A stretch of 64,000 nt of DNA. Origin: Octopus vulgaris (Eukaryota). Below, in pieces: positions 38,183-51,355 of this stretch. The notes beneath the pieces are model-generated. The model saw nothing but the letters and a program-made list of their open reading frames with translations, was not told the origin of the DNA and ran no database searches. The translations under genes were made by a program, and so were the position numbers. The DNA lies in NCBI GenBank assembly GCA_951406725.2, contig OX597815.1, positions 4,402,001-4,466,000 of the forward strand, read 5' to 3'. Each line of letters begins with the position of its first letter. The stretch's first letter is position 1.

Positions 38183-41100
38183 TTTTTGTGATTTATTGTG
38201 ATGTTTTTGCAGGTTTAATAATAAAGCATATTACGCTACCTCTGGTATTTGAGTACTATTTTTTCCCACCTTGTTTCACATTTATGAGCTTATCGTTGGC
38301 GATTTTTTTCCCTCCGTCTTCCCTTCCTTGCATCTTTCTTTTTTCTATGTTTCTGACAAAGAGCTCCGTTCAAGATGTTGAATCCTCCTTCTTTCTTTCT
38401 TTCCTTTCCTGAGTGTCCAATAACACTATATCTGTTCCACGTCCTCACGTTGTTATGTTTTCTCTTTGTGTTTTCATGTTTGGATTAACTGCCAGCCTCG
38501 TCTGGCACATAACAAGCATACATCCGATCGTGGCCGTTTGCCAGCCTTGTCTGGCACCTGTGCAGGTGGCACGTAAAAGGCACCCACTACACTCTTGGAG
38601 TGGTTGGCATTAGGAAGGGCATCCAGCTGTAGAAACACTGCCAGATTAGACTGGGCCTGGCACAGCCTTCTGGCTTCCCAGACCCCAGTTGAACCGTCTG
38701 ACCCATGCTAGCATGGAAAACGGACGTTAAACAATGATATATATATATATATATATATATGATGCTCTCTGGTGGATCCTTCCGTCGTTAGACGGCGTAT
38801 GAGAGTTCGACAATTTCTTACCGAACAACCACACAGATGATTTGTTTATAGTGATCAAATGTTTGTGGTAGACATAAGCTCACTCCCTCCATCAGATTGA
38901 CATTACCTGTACAGGTACAACAGGGTGCTATATGTCAGAGATATCATCATCATCATCATCGTTTAACGTCCGTTTTCTGTGCTAGCATGGGTTGGACGGT
39001 TCGACCGGGGTCTGGAAAGCCAGGGACTGCACTAGGCTCCAGTCTGATCTGGCAGTGTTTCTACAGCTGGATGCCCTTCCTAACGCCAACCACTCCGCGA
39101 GTGTAGTGGGTGCTTTTTACGTGCCACCTGCACAGGTGCCAGGGAGGTCTGGCATCGGCCACGATCAGTTGGTGCTTTTAACGTGCCACCGGCACGGAAG
39201 CCAGCCAAGGCGGCGCTGGCATCAGCCACGTTCGGATGGTGCTTTTTATGTGCCACCGGCACAGAAGCCAGTCGAGGCGGCGCAGATATATATACATATA
39301 TATATATATAAGGAGAGAGAGGGGGGAGAGTGAGATAACTATAGATAGATATGGACTACCTTTAACACCCTTGTTGAACACCCTTTAACACATACTTCCC
39401 ACCTTAAACATGTACCTACCTACCTTTTCTTTTAAAGAACACCCTTATTCAGATTAACAACTGCTTCGTCTCCATCCCATCCTTTAATCTTTCCAAGTAA
39501 AACTTAACTTCACACACGCATGTATAATACACAGATTTAAGACAAAATATGACAAGAAAACAAACGCTTTCACTTCCAGACAGTGTTTCTCAAAGCATTA
39601 AGTGAAAATTGTTAGGAAAAGATGAGCAAAGCAATGAAAGGGGGGTGGAGGAATTATTTAAATGTGAAAATTAAACCAATTCCCTGTCATTATTGGGTGG
39701 GGATTCAGGATTGACAGGAAGTGATGTGAAGTTTTGAAAACTAAACAAAATACTGTTATTTGTGAGGGAAGTGAAATAACTTCTGCCAGCTGATGATATC
39801 GTGAAATTAATGAGGATTAAAAATAAACAGCGATTAAATAAAATATGTGTAGGGAATGAGTGGAAAATGAAGTTTGATATGCGAAACTGTAAGAATTAGG
39901 CAAAAAAAATTAGGAGGAGAATTAGAAATATGCTGATGTAATTGAGACAGGTAACAGATAGGTAGGTGAGGGAAAATGTGAGTGTGGCATGGAACTTGGT
40001 GGGTTAGTAAATATATTACATGCCTAAGGTAGTGAGCTGGCTGAATGGTTAGCACACTGGGGAGACTGCATAGTGGCATTTCATCCATCTTTATGTCCTG
40101 AGTTCAAATTCTACCAAAGTTGGTTTTGCCTTCCATTCTTTTGGAGGTCAATAAAATAAGTCTCATTTGAGTCCTGGGGGTCAAATTAATTGGTTAGCTT
40201 TTGCCCTTGAAATTGCTGGCCTTGTGCCAGAATTTGAAGTTGTTTATATTACATGTGTAGCAAGTTAAAATTGAGAAATATAAATAGGAGTTGATAAAAG
40301 AAGGGGTTATAATGAATCGGTGGTTATATAGCAGTTTATTATAAGTCAAGGTGTGGAATGCAAATATGAAGAAATTACAGGAATTGATACAGATAGAGAA
40401 TTATGAAGTTTTCATTTACTCAAAGGAAATAAAATTTTGCTGGTATGCATCGGATGGTTCGACTGGATCTGATAAGTCGGGGGATCACATCTTGCTCTAT
40501 TGTCCGTTTTGGCATGGTTACTATGGCTGGATGCCCTTCCAATGCCAGCCATTTTTCCGAATGTATGTGCAGGGAGGGATCTTTGAGGCACCAGCACTGG
40601 CAAGAATCACCTCGTAACTTGCAGTGCTAAGGGACTAAAGTGACGCTTGTAAAGGAAGGAGAGAAGAACGGAGAGGGGTGGTAAAAAGGGAGAAATAGAA
40701 GAGTGGGGGGAGTACAGCAGGGAATAGGGAAGGGATTCATAAGAGGAGTTATTGAGGAAAAAGGGAGATATAGAGTTGAAAGGTGGTTGTGTGAGAGGGG
40801 AGGTGTAGCATTGTGTTTTTGTTTTTCCAGAAAATTTAGCTGGAAAGGGAGTTCATCCTTGCTCCTCTGTTGGTTTCAAAACATATGCTTTTGTTGATTG
40901 AAACAAGGTTTGAAAGGATCTGAGGTGAGGCCGCTGTTTGCTTTGGATGTCTTGCTGTTTGTGTTCTTTGTCTTTTCATTTCGCTTTGTCGATAATATCT
41001 GGTATTTTGGTAAAGAGAATTTTTGGCAATCCGTTCTTCACAGGTTGCAAAGGTGTTTTATTTCTGAAGTAAGATTTTGCTCTGAATGTATAAATGTGTA

Positions 41101-41582
41101 ATTAGACAGCTGGAATCTAAGAGGCAGTCATAATGGTTCACACAATTACAGTTATTAGTGGCTGGGTTAGTTGTAGTTTCAGTTTAATTTAGACAATCTG
41201 CACTTTACTTGCTTTCTCTCCTATGAACTGCCACATAATTATAGCATATAATAATTAGTTTCTGGAAATAATTCCTTTCATTTCATCACTTTTATTTCTT
41301 TCTCCCTTCTTTTCTTCTTCCACATTTATTACATTCTTTTTGTTTTATTTTTCATATTTACTCTGCTTCAATAATATTGAGCTCTTTCTTCTAGCTTGTA
41401 GCTTTTATTCTTGTTTCAATAAACAAGCAGATTCTTTCTCTGGATGTTATAAATATGTATGTGAAGAAAAAAAAAACAATTGCCGCTTGGTGATAGCTTA
41501 CTATCTCACAATAGAAAGAATTTCACAAACTAATTTATCTTCTATGGGATTTAGTGTATCATTGCTTGTCCCTATATATATA

Positions 41583-41801
41583 TGAGGGGGTGTTGAGAAG
41601 TTCTTGGCTTTGGGTAAAAGAAAATACAGGTAACTCAATTAATTATGATTTTATCCAACATATTCCCCTGTTAGATTCACACAGTTATTGCAGCGGCCCT
41701 TCAGTTTTTCTAAACCTTGTAAAATAATTCAGAAGTCTGGGCCTCCAACCAAGCCTTTCATGCGATACCCTTCAAGCCAGGAACTTTTCTGTATCCCCTC
41801 G
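41583..41801. mobile_element. mariner-type MITE
   Basis: TA-tgagggggtgttgagaagttcttggctt ... aagccaggaacttttctgtatcccctcg-TA: imperfect TIRs of about 28 bp and TA TSD. Confidence 0.75.
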
Positions 41802-42365
41802 TATATAAGTGTGTATATGTGTGTGTTTGTGTATATGCACACCTTCTCTTGATGAGAGGCACTGGACTTACAGTAATATTTCTAGTGACTTTTTACTGGT
41901 TGCATACCTAAGACTTTTTGCATATTCCATCTGCGATTTATGAATATTACGATTATAACATGACACAGAACTTCCTGAAACAGCTGTCAAGTTGAGAAAT
42001 TATGTATTTTCTTAGTATTCTGTAATCTCTTTGCTCTATGTAAATATACTTGTATACGATGTATACATGTGTTTATCTTTCTGAATATTTGTAGATATAT
42101 GTGTGTCAAGCCTAATTGTGTTTCTCTGCAGTATTACCTACACACATGTGGATATACAAATGTGTGCACATATATATATATATGCATGTGTGTGTGTATT
42201 TGTATGTATAAATACATGTAATCTGTCTGCATTCTTTAATATACATTCCATGTCTACTCTTAGGAGAATATTTACTCTATAATCTTTCAACTTGTTCTAA
42301 TAAGTTCTACTGTAATGCAGGAACATTGTTATATCTTTATATTTATTTTAATTTATAATTAACAG

Positions 42366-42442
42366 GCAGCATTAAATCGACTCAAGACCATGTATTCTGA
42401 TAAATGGAATATGATCAATACCCAGGCAGAAAATCAAGTGCG
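42366..42442 (+). CDS. R7-family RGS protein, coding exon (77 nt): AALNRLKTMYSDKWNMINTQAENQV(R)
   Basis: aacag acceptor, gtaagt donor. Aligns to RGS7 [26 protein letters not shown]. Phases are compatible with both neighbouring exons. Confidence 0.92.
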
Positions 42443-43733
42443 GTAAGTGAGATTACATTATCATCGTCACCATCATCATCATCTTTTCAGCTGTTCACTT
42501 TCCCATGATTCCATGGGTTTGGACAGAATTTCTTGAGGCAGATTTTTTTAGAACCAGATGTCGTTCCCATCGTTGACCTTCACCTGTTTCTAAGCAAGAT
42601 GATATTTCCCCAGGACCAGACATGATTTTAGTCGAATGACTAAACCCCAGGAGTTATTTCTTTTAAGTCTGATACTTATTCTATCAGTCCTCTTTTGCCG
42701 AACCACTAAGTTATGGGGACATAAACACACCAACACCAGGTTGGAAATAAAGTACACTACTACTCGTATGGTGGTGACACTTGTTTACAACTGCGGTGTG
42801 TGGTGTCAGGACAAGGAGATACAACTGGTACTTTATTGGTTACAACAACAAGGGTTCCAGTTGAACAGCCTGCTCGTGAAATTAACACCCAAGTGGCTGA
42901 GCACCCCACAGACATGCATATCCTTCATGTAGTTCTTAAGGAGAATGTGGCAAAGCTGGCCCTTTGAAATACAAGTACTACTCATGTTTTGCCATCTGAG
43001 TGGATTGGAGCAATATAATAGAAAGTATCTTGCTCAAGGGCACAATGCACTGCCACCGGGAATTGAACTCATGACCTTATGATTGTAAGCTGAATACCCA
43101 AACCACTAAATCACGCACCTTTACAGAAGATACAAACATACATATCATCATCATTTAACGTCCGTTGTCCATGCTGGCATGGGTTGGACGGTTTGACCGG
43201 GGCTGGCAAACTGGAAGGCTGCACCAGACTCCAGTCTGATTTGACATGGTTTGCTATAGCTGGATGCCCTTCCTAATGCCAACCACTCTGAGAGTGTAAT
43301 GGGTGCCATTTGTGTGATACTGGTATCTGCTACAACAGTGATTTTGCTCAGTTTGATGGGTCGTCCTCTCAAGCCCGACATAATGCTAATGGTCTCAGTC
43401 ATTGCCTCTGTGAGGCCCAACACTTGAAAGGAACTCAGCCACCTTGCCTCCAAGAGGCCCAACACTCAAAAAAATCTCGGCCACTTTGCCTCTGTGAGGC
43501 ACCTATGCATATATATATATATATATCATCATGGCTTCGTGAACGAAGATCAGGAAGGCTGTCCATGTCGCGTGCATGCAAGCTCATGACTGACAAGTCT
43601 GTTATGGGAAAGGCAGGTCCGTGAGCAGTGTCCACAGACAAAGGTAACATAAATATATATATATATATCCATGCTGGACTGCTGAAATCTACAAGTTTTG
43701 TTTCATTCTCTCTCTGTTTATTTTCTCTAATTC

Positions 43734-43769
43734 CTTTGTGATGAAGAGCATAGGCTCGAAATGTAAAAG
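43734..43769 (+). ncRNA. Degenerate minimal hammerhead in a Penelope-type pLTR fragment
   Basis: CTTT-gTGATGA-A-GAGC-ATAG-GCTC-GAAA-tGTA-AAAG. Stems I and II intact, C3 mutated. Confidence 0.55.
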
Positions 43770-45321
43770 ACTTTTTCCTTTTTCCCTAGTGTCAAACTAA
43801 TATACTTGCTGCTTGTTCACACACGTCTTTGTCTTTTGCTTTTCTCTAAATTTCAACTACATACATACGACAGCAACCTCACTGGTGCCAAGGAACAATA
43901 AAAATACCTAGTACACTCTGTAAAGTTGTCTGCATTAGGCATAACATCCAGTGAGAGAAATGATACCAAAGCTGACATTGGAGCTCAACACAGCCCTGCA
44001 ATTCAATGTAGGATGTTGTGCAATGCATGCCAGCATGGAAAACAGTTGTAAAACGATGGTGGGGTTTTTTTTCATTTGAATTCAGAAGGGTGTGGTCAGC
44101 CCAGGGTTATAGAAAAGACACTTGCATAAGCTGTCTATGTATGTATAGATGGACAGACAGACAGATAGATGCAGATATGTTTATGCACACACATTTGTGC
44201 AATGTGTACCTGTGTGTGTGTACAGTCACACACACACACACAAATGTGGTAAAAAGTTTCCTTCCCAACCACTTGGTTCCAGGTTCAGTCCCACTGCATG
44301 GCACCTTAGGCAAGTGTCTTCTACTATAGCCTCAGGTCAACCAAAGCTTTGTGAGTGGATTTGGTAAATGGAAACTGAAAGAAGCTTGTCATATGTGTGT
44401 GTCTGTGTTTGTTCCCCCAAGATCGCTTGACAACCAATGCTGATGTGTTTACGTCCCCGTAACTTAGCAGTTCAGCAAAAGAGACCAATAGAATAAGCCC
44501 TGGGATCGATTTGCTTGACTAAAGGTTGTGCTCCAGCATGGCTGCAGTCAAATGAGTAAAGAATAGTAATTATGCATGTGTCAATGTAGATGTGCATGCA
44601 TGTGTCTGTGTGAGTATTGACATTCTGAGCTTTACATGAGCTGATGTATGGCCTAGCGGTAGGAGTGTCGCACTAACAATCGCTAGATCATGGGTTCAAT
44701 TCTCAGACTGGCTGGTGCATTGTTTTCTTGAGCGAAACACTTCATTTCACTCTGCCATAAATGGGTCCCTCTGCAAAGTTGCTATCAGAAATGTATAACA
44801 ACATCTGATAATCTCGATGATAATCTCTCAGAAGATTATCTTCTAGCTTTGTGTTTTTGTCGATAAGTGGAATAAAACTTCTTGGATGAAAAAAAAAAAA
44901 ACCCTTCATGTTTACAGAAAACGTGGATTCAAGGGCCCATGCGCTGCCGTCAACTTTTTTTCCATCCAAGGAGAATTTTTAAACCCAATATTCTACACAT
45001 CATTATTTATTTATAACTTCAATTACCTTGAGTTAAAACTATTGAAAAAGTCACAAGACGCAATGAAAATTTTAGGAAAATAAAAATAAGAAATAAGTGG
45101 AAATTTTACCGGTGTGTGTGTTAAATTATAAGGTACCAAAAGAGAATGACTCTCCCCAGACACAACAGAAAATGCTTCAACACACGAACTCACAAAAAGA
45201 ATCTTGCAAACCAAATCCAAAAACGATACATCTGCCTTGAATTATTCTGTTAAAAACCTAATCTACTTCATTTGTTATTCTTAAATTTTTTGTTAATTAT
45301 TTTCTTGTTTATTGCATTTAG

Positions 45322-45403
45322 GATTGCTAAGGAGAAAAAGAAAATCGACAAAATGATATGTGATAGTCAAGAGAGGGCTTTCTGGCGAGTGCATAAACCA
45401 GCA
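45322..45403 (+). CDS. R7-family RGS protein, coding exon (82 nt): IAKEKKKIDKMICDSQERAFWRVHKPA
   Basis: tttag acceptor, gtgagt donor. Contains the R7-RGS DHEX signature DSQERAFWxVHxP. Confidence 0.95.
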
Positions 45404-46528
45404 GTGAGTAAAAAGGATTTTTTCACAATTTTGAGTTAATTCAAACATTTTAAGGGTTCAAAGTAATCCATCATCATCATCATCATCATTTAATGTCCGT
45501 TTTCCTTGCTGGCATGAGTTGGACAGTTTGACAGGAGCTGGCAAGGCTGGAGAGCTGCACCAGGCTCCAATGCCAACCACTTTGCAGGGTGTATTTGGGT
45601 GCATTTTGTATGGCAACAGCATCAGTGCTTTTTACAACGTATCGAAATAAATATCAATGGAAATAGTAGTTGTGATACCTGTGCCGGTGGCACATAAAAA
45701 GCACCATCCGAACGTGGCCGATGTCAGCACCACCTTGACTGGCTTCTGTGCCGGTGGCACATAAAAAGCACCATCCAAACGTGGCCGATGCCAGCACTGC
45801 CTTGACTGGCTTCCGTTCCGGTGGCACGTTAAAAGCACCAACTGATCGTGACCAATGCCAGACTCCCCTGGCACCTGTGCCAGTGGCACGTAAAAGACAC
45901 CTACTACACTCGCGGAGTTGTTGGTGTTAGGAAGGGCATCCAGCTGTAGAAACACTGCTAGATCAGACTGGAGCCTGGTGCAACCCCTGGCTTCCCAGAC
46001 CCCAGTCGAACCGTCCAACCCATGCTAGCACGGAAAAAGGACTTTAAACGATGATGATCACTGAAGTTTTGAAAGTATTTACATGTAATTTCCACTGTAC
46101 TTTTTCTTGAAGAGCATCGAAAAAAGAAACGTTTTGACGTCTCATTTGTATAATTTGGATGAATATTTTAGGAAAGATGACAATTTGAATTGTCAACAAA
46201 TTGGTCAAAATCTTGCCTAATTAATCTAAGGAATAATTAGCCATATTTGTGGCATCATATCTTTGAAACTGAAGTGATAATCATCTTCAAATTGCACAAA
46301 TTAATAGTGACCATTGATATAGCAGTTAATCTATTTTTTTCAGGTTCTTCAAAAGGAAACTTTTTCTTTTTGATAATTTTTTAAATATGTGGTGTTTTCA
46401 GACATAACTAATTCCAAAAGTACAAGCCATAGTTTGTTAAGCTTTTGGGACATTTTTAGTAGATATAAAACTAAATAAATTCTGAGATTTTGAGGACATG
46501 ACACCATTTCAATAAAATTTTAATGGAC

Positions 46529-46908
46529 ATAGGCGCAGGAGTGGCTGTGTGGTAATAAGCTTCCTTACCGACCACATGGTTCCAGGTTCAGTCTCACTGC
46601 GTGGCACCTTTGGCTAGTGTCTTCTATTATAGCCCCGGGCTGACCAAAGCCTTGTGAGTGGATTTGGTAGACGGAAACTGAAAGAAGCTTGTCGTATATA
46701 TATATGTGTGTGTGTGTGTGTTTGTCCCCTTAGCATTGCTTGAAAACCGATGCTGGTGTGTTTACGTCCCCATCACTTAGTGGTTCGGCAAAAGAGACCG
46801 ATAGAATAAGTACTGGGCTTACAAAGAATAAGTCCTGGGGTCGATTTGCTCGACTAAAGGCGGTGCTCCAGCATGGCCGCAGTCAAATGACTGAAACAAG
46901 TAAAAGAG
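46529..46908 (+). mobile_element. SINE family A with 53-bp flanking direct repeat
   Basis: 46476-46528 is repeated at 46909-46961 with one mismatch. Confidence 0.9.
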
Positions 46909-47341
46909 TAAATTCTGAGATTTTGCGGACATGACACCATTTCAATAAAATTTTAATGGACTATTAAAAATGGGTGAAAATGATAGTTTCATATCAGAAT
47001 GCCCACCTGGAGCTTAGTGCTTTTGCAGAAGAGACCGATGGAATAAGTACCAGGCTTTAAGGTAAAAATAATAGATACTGGGGTCAAATCATTTCACTAA
47101 AATTCCTCAAGGTGGTGCCCCAGCATGGCCACAATCTAATAACTGAAACAAGTAAAAGATAAAAGGCACCTAGTCACTTCTACAAAGTCCTTTCATGATC
47201 TTGCTGTAGCTAAGACAACCTTTGTGGTGCTGGTGCAATAAAATGCTTTGAGTCCATCCTGTAAAGATGTTGGTGATTGAATGTCTCGAATCTCTTGTCA
47301 TGTAGCTTGTGTCTAATAGTGTTTCTTTCATTTCTCTATAG

Positions 47342-47440
47342 CCAGGACAAATAAAATCTTTTGAGGAACAATCAAAGAGGAACTTCTCACCTTCACAGAT
47401 AACTGCCAAAAAGGAAAGCAAGGAGTATTTACAAAATAAG
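47342..47440 (+). CDS. R7-family RGS protein, coding exon (99 nt): PGQIKSFEEQSKRNFSPSQITAKKESKEYLQNK
   Basis: Pyrimidine tract plus ctatag acceptor, gtaaac donor. Phase 0 continuation gives the conserved HxPxPG. Confidence 0.85.
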
Positions 47441-47534
47441 GTAAACAAATCTGTTTTTTGTTTCATATATTCACCCTTCCCTCACACAACCCCACCTTTT
47501 CTAGTAGCAGAAAAAATGAAACCACAGGTCATCT

Positions 47535-47757
47535 ATTTACATTATTTACATTTGACAGACATTTGTCCTCATCTAGTTTGTTGTTAACACAACGTTTCGG
47601 TTGGTATAACCTCCAGCCTCCATCAGGTGTCTTGGGGAAATTTCAAACCTGGGTTCTCATACCTAAGATATTTTTCAATGTTATCATTAATGTTCAGGTC
47701 CCTGCCTGGAATCAAACTCAGAATCTTGGGGTTAATAGTCCACACTCTTAACCACTT
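47535..47757 (-). mobile_element. tRNA-headed SINE family D with hammerhead tail
   Basis: Same layout as 14924-15155. Hammerhead GACAC-CTGATGG-A-GGCTG..CAACC-GAAA-CGTT-GTGTT at 47631-47586. Confidence 0.75.
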
Positions 47758-50700
47758 AGTAGCCTGTGCTTTTAACCACTTAAATATAGAACCGTACCAC
47801 TGGTCATCTGTTTGTCTATTTTCTTACTTATTTCTTTTGACAGTGTGCATGTCAATTTGACATGTGCAACCGTTAACACAGGTGTTGTTTACCTCTTTGT
47901 TTTTTGGGTTTTTTCCTTTCTTTTTACTCTTTTCTCTCCATATTCTTTCTGCAGGAAACTTTAGTCAAAATATCAAAGAAGATTCTTCCATTTTACCTGA
48001 ATGTCAAACTTATACATCTTATTCGTTGCACCTGCAATGCCTCTGTCTTTTGCCCAATTCTGAGCCACCAGACTGGCTCCCATGAAGGTAGCACGTAAAA
48101 AAACCTTTGAGTATGGTCGTTGCCAGTACCTTCTGACTGGCACCTGTGCTGGTGTCACGTAAAAGCACCCACTACACTCTCCTCAGAGTGGTTGGCGTTA
48201 GGAAGGGCATCCAGCTGTAGAAACTTTGCCAAATCAGAGTGAGCCTGATGCAGCCTTCTGGCTCGCCAGTCCTCAGCCAAATCGTCCAACCCATGCCAGC
48301 ATGGAAAGCGGATGTTAAACAATGATGATCATGATATCTGTTGTCCATGTTGACATGGGTTTGATGGTTTGACCAGGGCTGGCAAGCCAGAAGGCCTCAC
48401 CAGGCTCCAATCTTGATTTGGCAGAGTTTCTACAACTGGATACCCTCCCTAACACCAACCACTCTGAGAGTGTAGTGCGTGCTTTTATGTGCCACCAGTA
48501 TTTGCCACAACTGCAATTTTGCTCGGCTTGATAGGTCTTTTTCTCAAGCACAACATGATGCCAAAGGTCCTAATCATTGCCTCCTTGAGGCCCAAAACTC
48601 GAAAGGAACTCAGCCACCATGCTTCTGTGAGGCCCAATGCTCAAAAGGTGTTCTTTATGTGTCACCAGCATGGGTGCACTTGGCTTGATGAGCCCTCTCA
48701 TATATGTGTGTGTGTGTATGTATGTATGTATATAAAATTTAATAACAGTTTGATTCAGCCTTAGTTTTGTGGGCTCATCGAATGAACCTTTTCTCATCAG
48801 ACTTCTAGAAACCAAACATTACAAATCTAAGATGGCTTCTGGATGTTGACCCACTGTTGATCAATGAAGGTCACATGGTGTAATTGATTTGGTAGGAACA
48901 TCAATTCTATTCCATATTCCTAGGACCACATTCTAGGATCGGATGTTGGTGGTGATTGTATCTAGAAAGTGGAATGTGGTTCATTAGCAACATCAGTTCA
49001 TAGTTGCTATGTACATTTGTATCTGCTGCGTGTGTGTGTGTACGCGTGCGTGCATATATACATGTGTGTTTGTATCTGCTGCATGTGCACATGCATCTGG
49101 TATGTGCACATGTCCATTTTTCTGTTGAGAGATACTGTGGATTGGTGGAGTTTGTGTCATCATCATTGTTTAACTTCCATTTCCTATGCTGGCATGGGTT
49201 TGATGATTTCTCAGGGGCTGACAATCCAGAAGACCACACCAAGCTCTGCTGTCGACTTTGGCATGGTTTCTACAGCTGGATGCCATTCCTAATGCCAACC
49301 ACTTTAGAGAGTGGACTGGGTGCTTTTTATGAGGCAACAGCAACAGTAAGGTCACCGAATAACTTAAAGGCCCTTCAACCGGGTGGGGTGGCAGCATTAT
49401 TGAGGGTGGTGGCCTTGTGCCAGGTGACGAGAGGTTAGAGTATGAATAGAGGGACAGGAATAGGGGTCTTGCAGTAGAGAAGAGGGTGAAGATGTGATGG
49501 GAGCATACATTCAAATTAGAGGGAGGCATATATATGTGAAATGGAACCAAAGATTGGTTAGGGTGAGTGGACACAGACATTTGGTTATGTTAGGGAATGT
49601 TTGAGTGGTTGTATGATAAGAAGCTTGTTTCCCAACCACATGGTTCTGGGTTCAGTCCCACTGCGTGGCACCTTGGGCAAGTGTCTTCAACTATAACCTT
49701 GGGCCGACCAAAGCCTTTTGAGTGGAGTTGGTAGATGGAAACTGGAAGAAGCCTGTCCTCTGTGTGTTTGCATGTGTGCCTTTATCACCACTGTTTGTTT
49801 GTTTATGCCCCTGTAACTTAACAGTTCAGTAAAAAGCGCCAATAAAATAAATGCCAGGCTTTAAAAGGGAAATAAGTCCCAGGATTGATTCATTCGGCTA
49901 AAAGCTCTTGAAGGCAGTGCCCCAGCATGGCCACAGTCGAATGACTGAAACAAGTAAAAAATTACAGTTACTTATACATAAACACACACCTACATATATA
50001 CATACTTATGTATACACACATACATTATACATTCATATAGACATTTATAATCTTTTTTTTCACTGACAATCTAACATGTGATAAATGTTAGAAATTTCCC
50101 TAAATAAAGTCAGTTCTTGACAAAATCATTTTATTTACTAATATTATTATTTTTATGTATTCTCATGTATCCTGAAAAATTTCATGAATATAAATAGAAC
50201 CAATTTCATATTAGTTCCATAAGTAAAAGATTAAAATCCAACCAAATTCTTCAACAACTTCATCTTTAAAAAATTGGTTTATTTATCTTTTGTTTTCAAT
50301 TTGGTTTGTTAGCTTTTGAACTGTTTTCTAATTTTTTCCCTTGATTTCTTAAAACAGAAAACCAAATTAAATTTTAAAAAAAAGAGAGAGAACAGACTTC
50401 TATTTGTAATCCTTTATTTATCTGTTCTTGTATTCCTCTAGAATAATCCTCACAACTCTTGGTTGTGGTACCAATGCCATAACTGCCGTTATTAATAGTC
50501 AGCCTTTGCTGTATTTTGGGGGAGGTTTTATAGTTGAGACATCTGAAAGCCTTTATTTCCAATGTCCTTTCCCCATTCTTGTAGAAATGTTTACTCTAAA
50601 ACATCTCAAGTGAAACCTGGAGGTAATTAACTGAAATACTTGCCAAGGAATTTGTCGCAAACGCATCCCAGTGGTGACATTGGTAGAAGTGGTTGTCATG

Positions 50701-50955
50701 CAAATACGGTACCAAATTAAGTAACAGCAGGTGGCTAAGTAGCTGGAATATTTTGTTTACGGTCGGTCGTCGGGTTGCCATGTAAATAATAGTAATAATA
50801 ATATATATTATAATAGAGAAAGCAGCTTATTAATTAGTTATGAAAGAGTTACTGAAAGAAAGCAATTATTAAAGACTTGACTGTCAGGAAATTTTTTCAT
50901 AAATTCATGTTCCGAGAAATTTCCTATAATTCCGATTTCTGAAGTTTATTGAATA

Positions 50956-51355
50956 CTAGCAGTATCGCCCGGCGTTGCTCGGGTTTGTAAGGGAAATAAC
51001 TATATAAGCATTTTTAGAGATGTAAAGTATAATAGCCATCTCAATATGGCTAACCACAAAGGGGGTGGGGGTGTTACTGTAGCTTTTTACGTTCTGAGAT
51101 TTAATAATAAATTTTTAGAGAGTTACTTCCCTTATATATGCCAAAAATGCATTAAAAATGGGAAAAATTTATGGTAATTTTTTTTTTAAATCATAGACTC
51201 ATTGTAGACGCGCGCTAATACCCAGAAGGGCTCGATATGAATCACGACTATAAGATACCCGGTTTTGGTTACACTGCATCGCAAAATGTGGGAGTAGTTA
51301 GGAATCTAAATCATAGGAGACAGACAGCACACAACCTCACTTTTATATATAAAGA
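50956..51355 (-). mobile_element. Non-autonomous Helitron
   Basis: Minus strand A|TCTTTATATATAAAAG ... hairpin (cccggcgttgctcggg) then CTAG|T. Confidence 0.8.

Noticed and set aside
47955-48035. Candidate next RGS (GGL) exon after ttctgcag
   Set aside because: The translation does not resemble GGL, and the sequence looks like a decayed copy of the repeat at 43700-43860.
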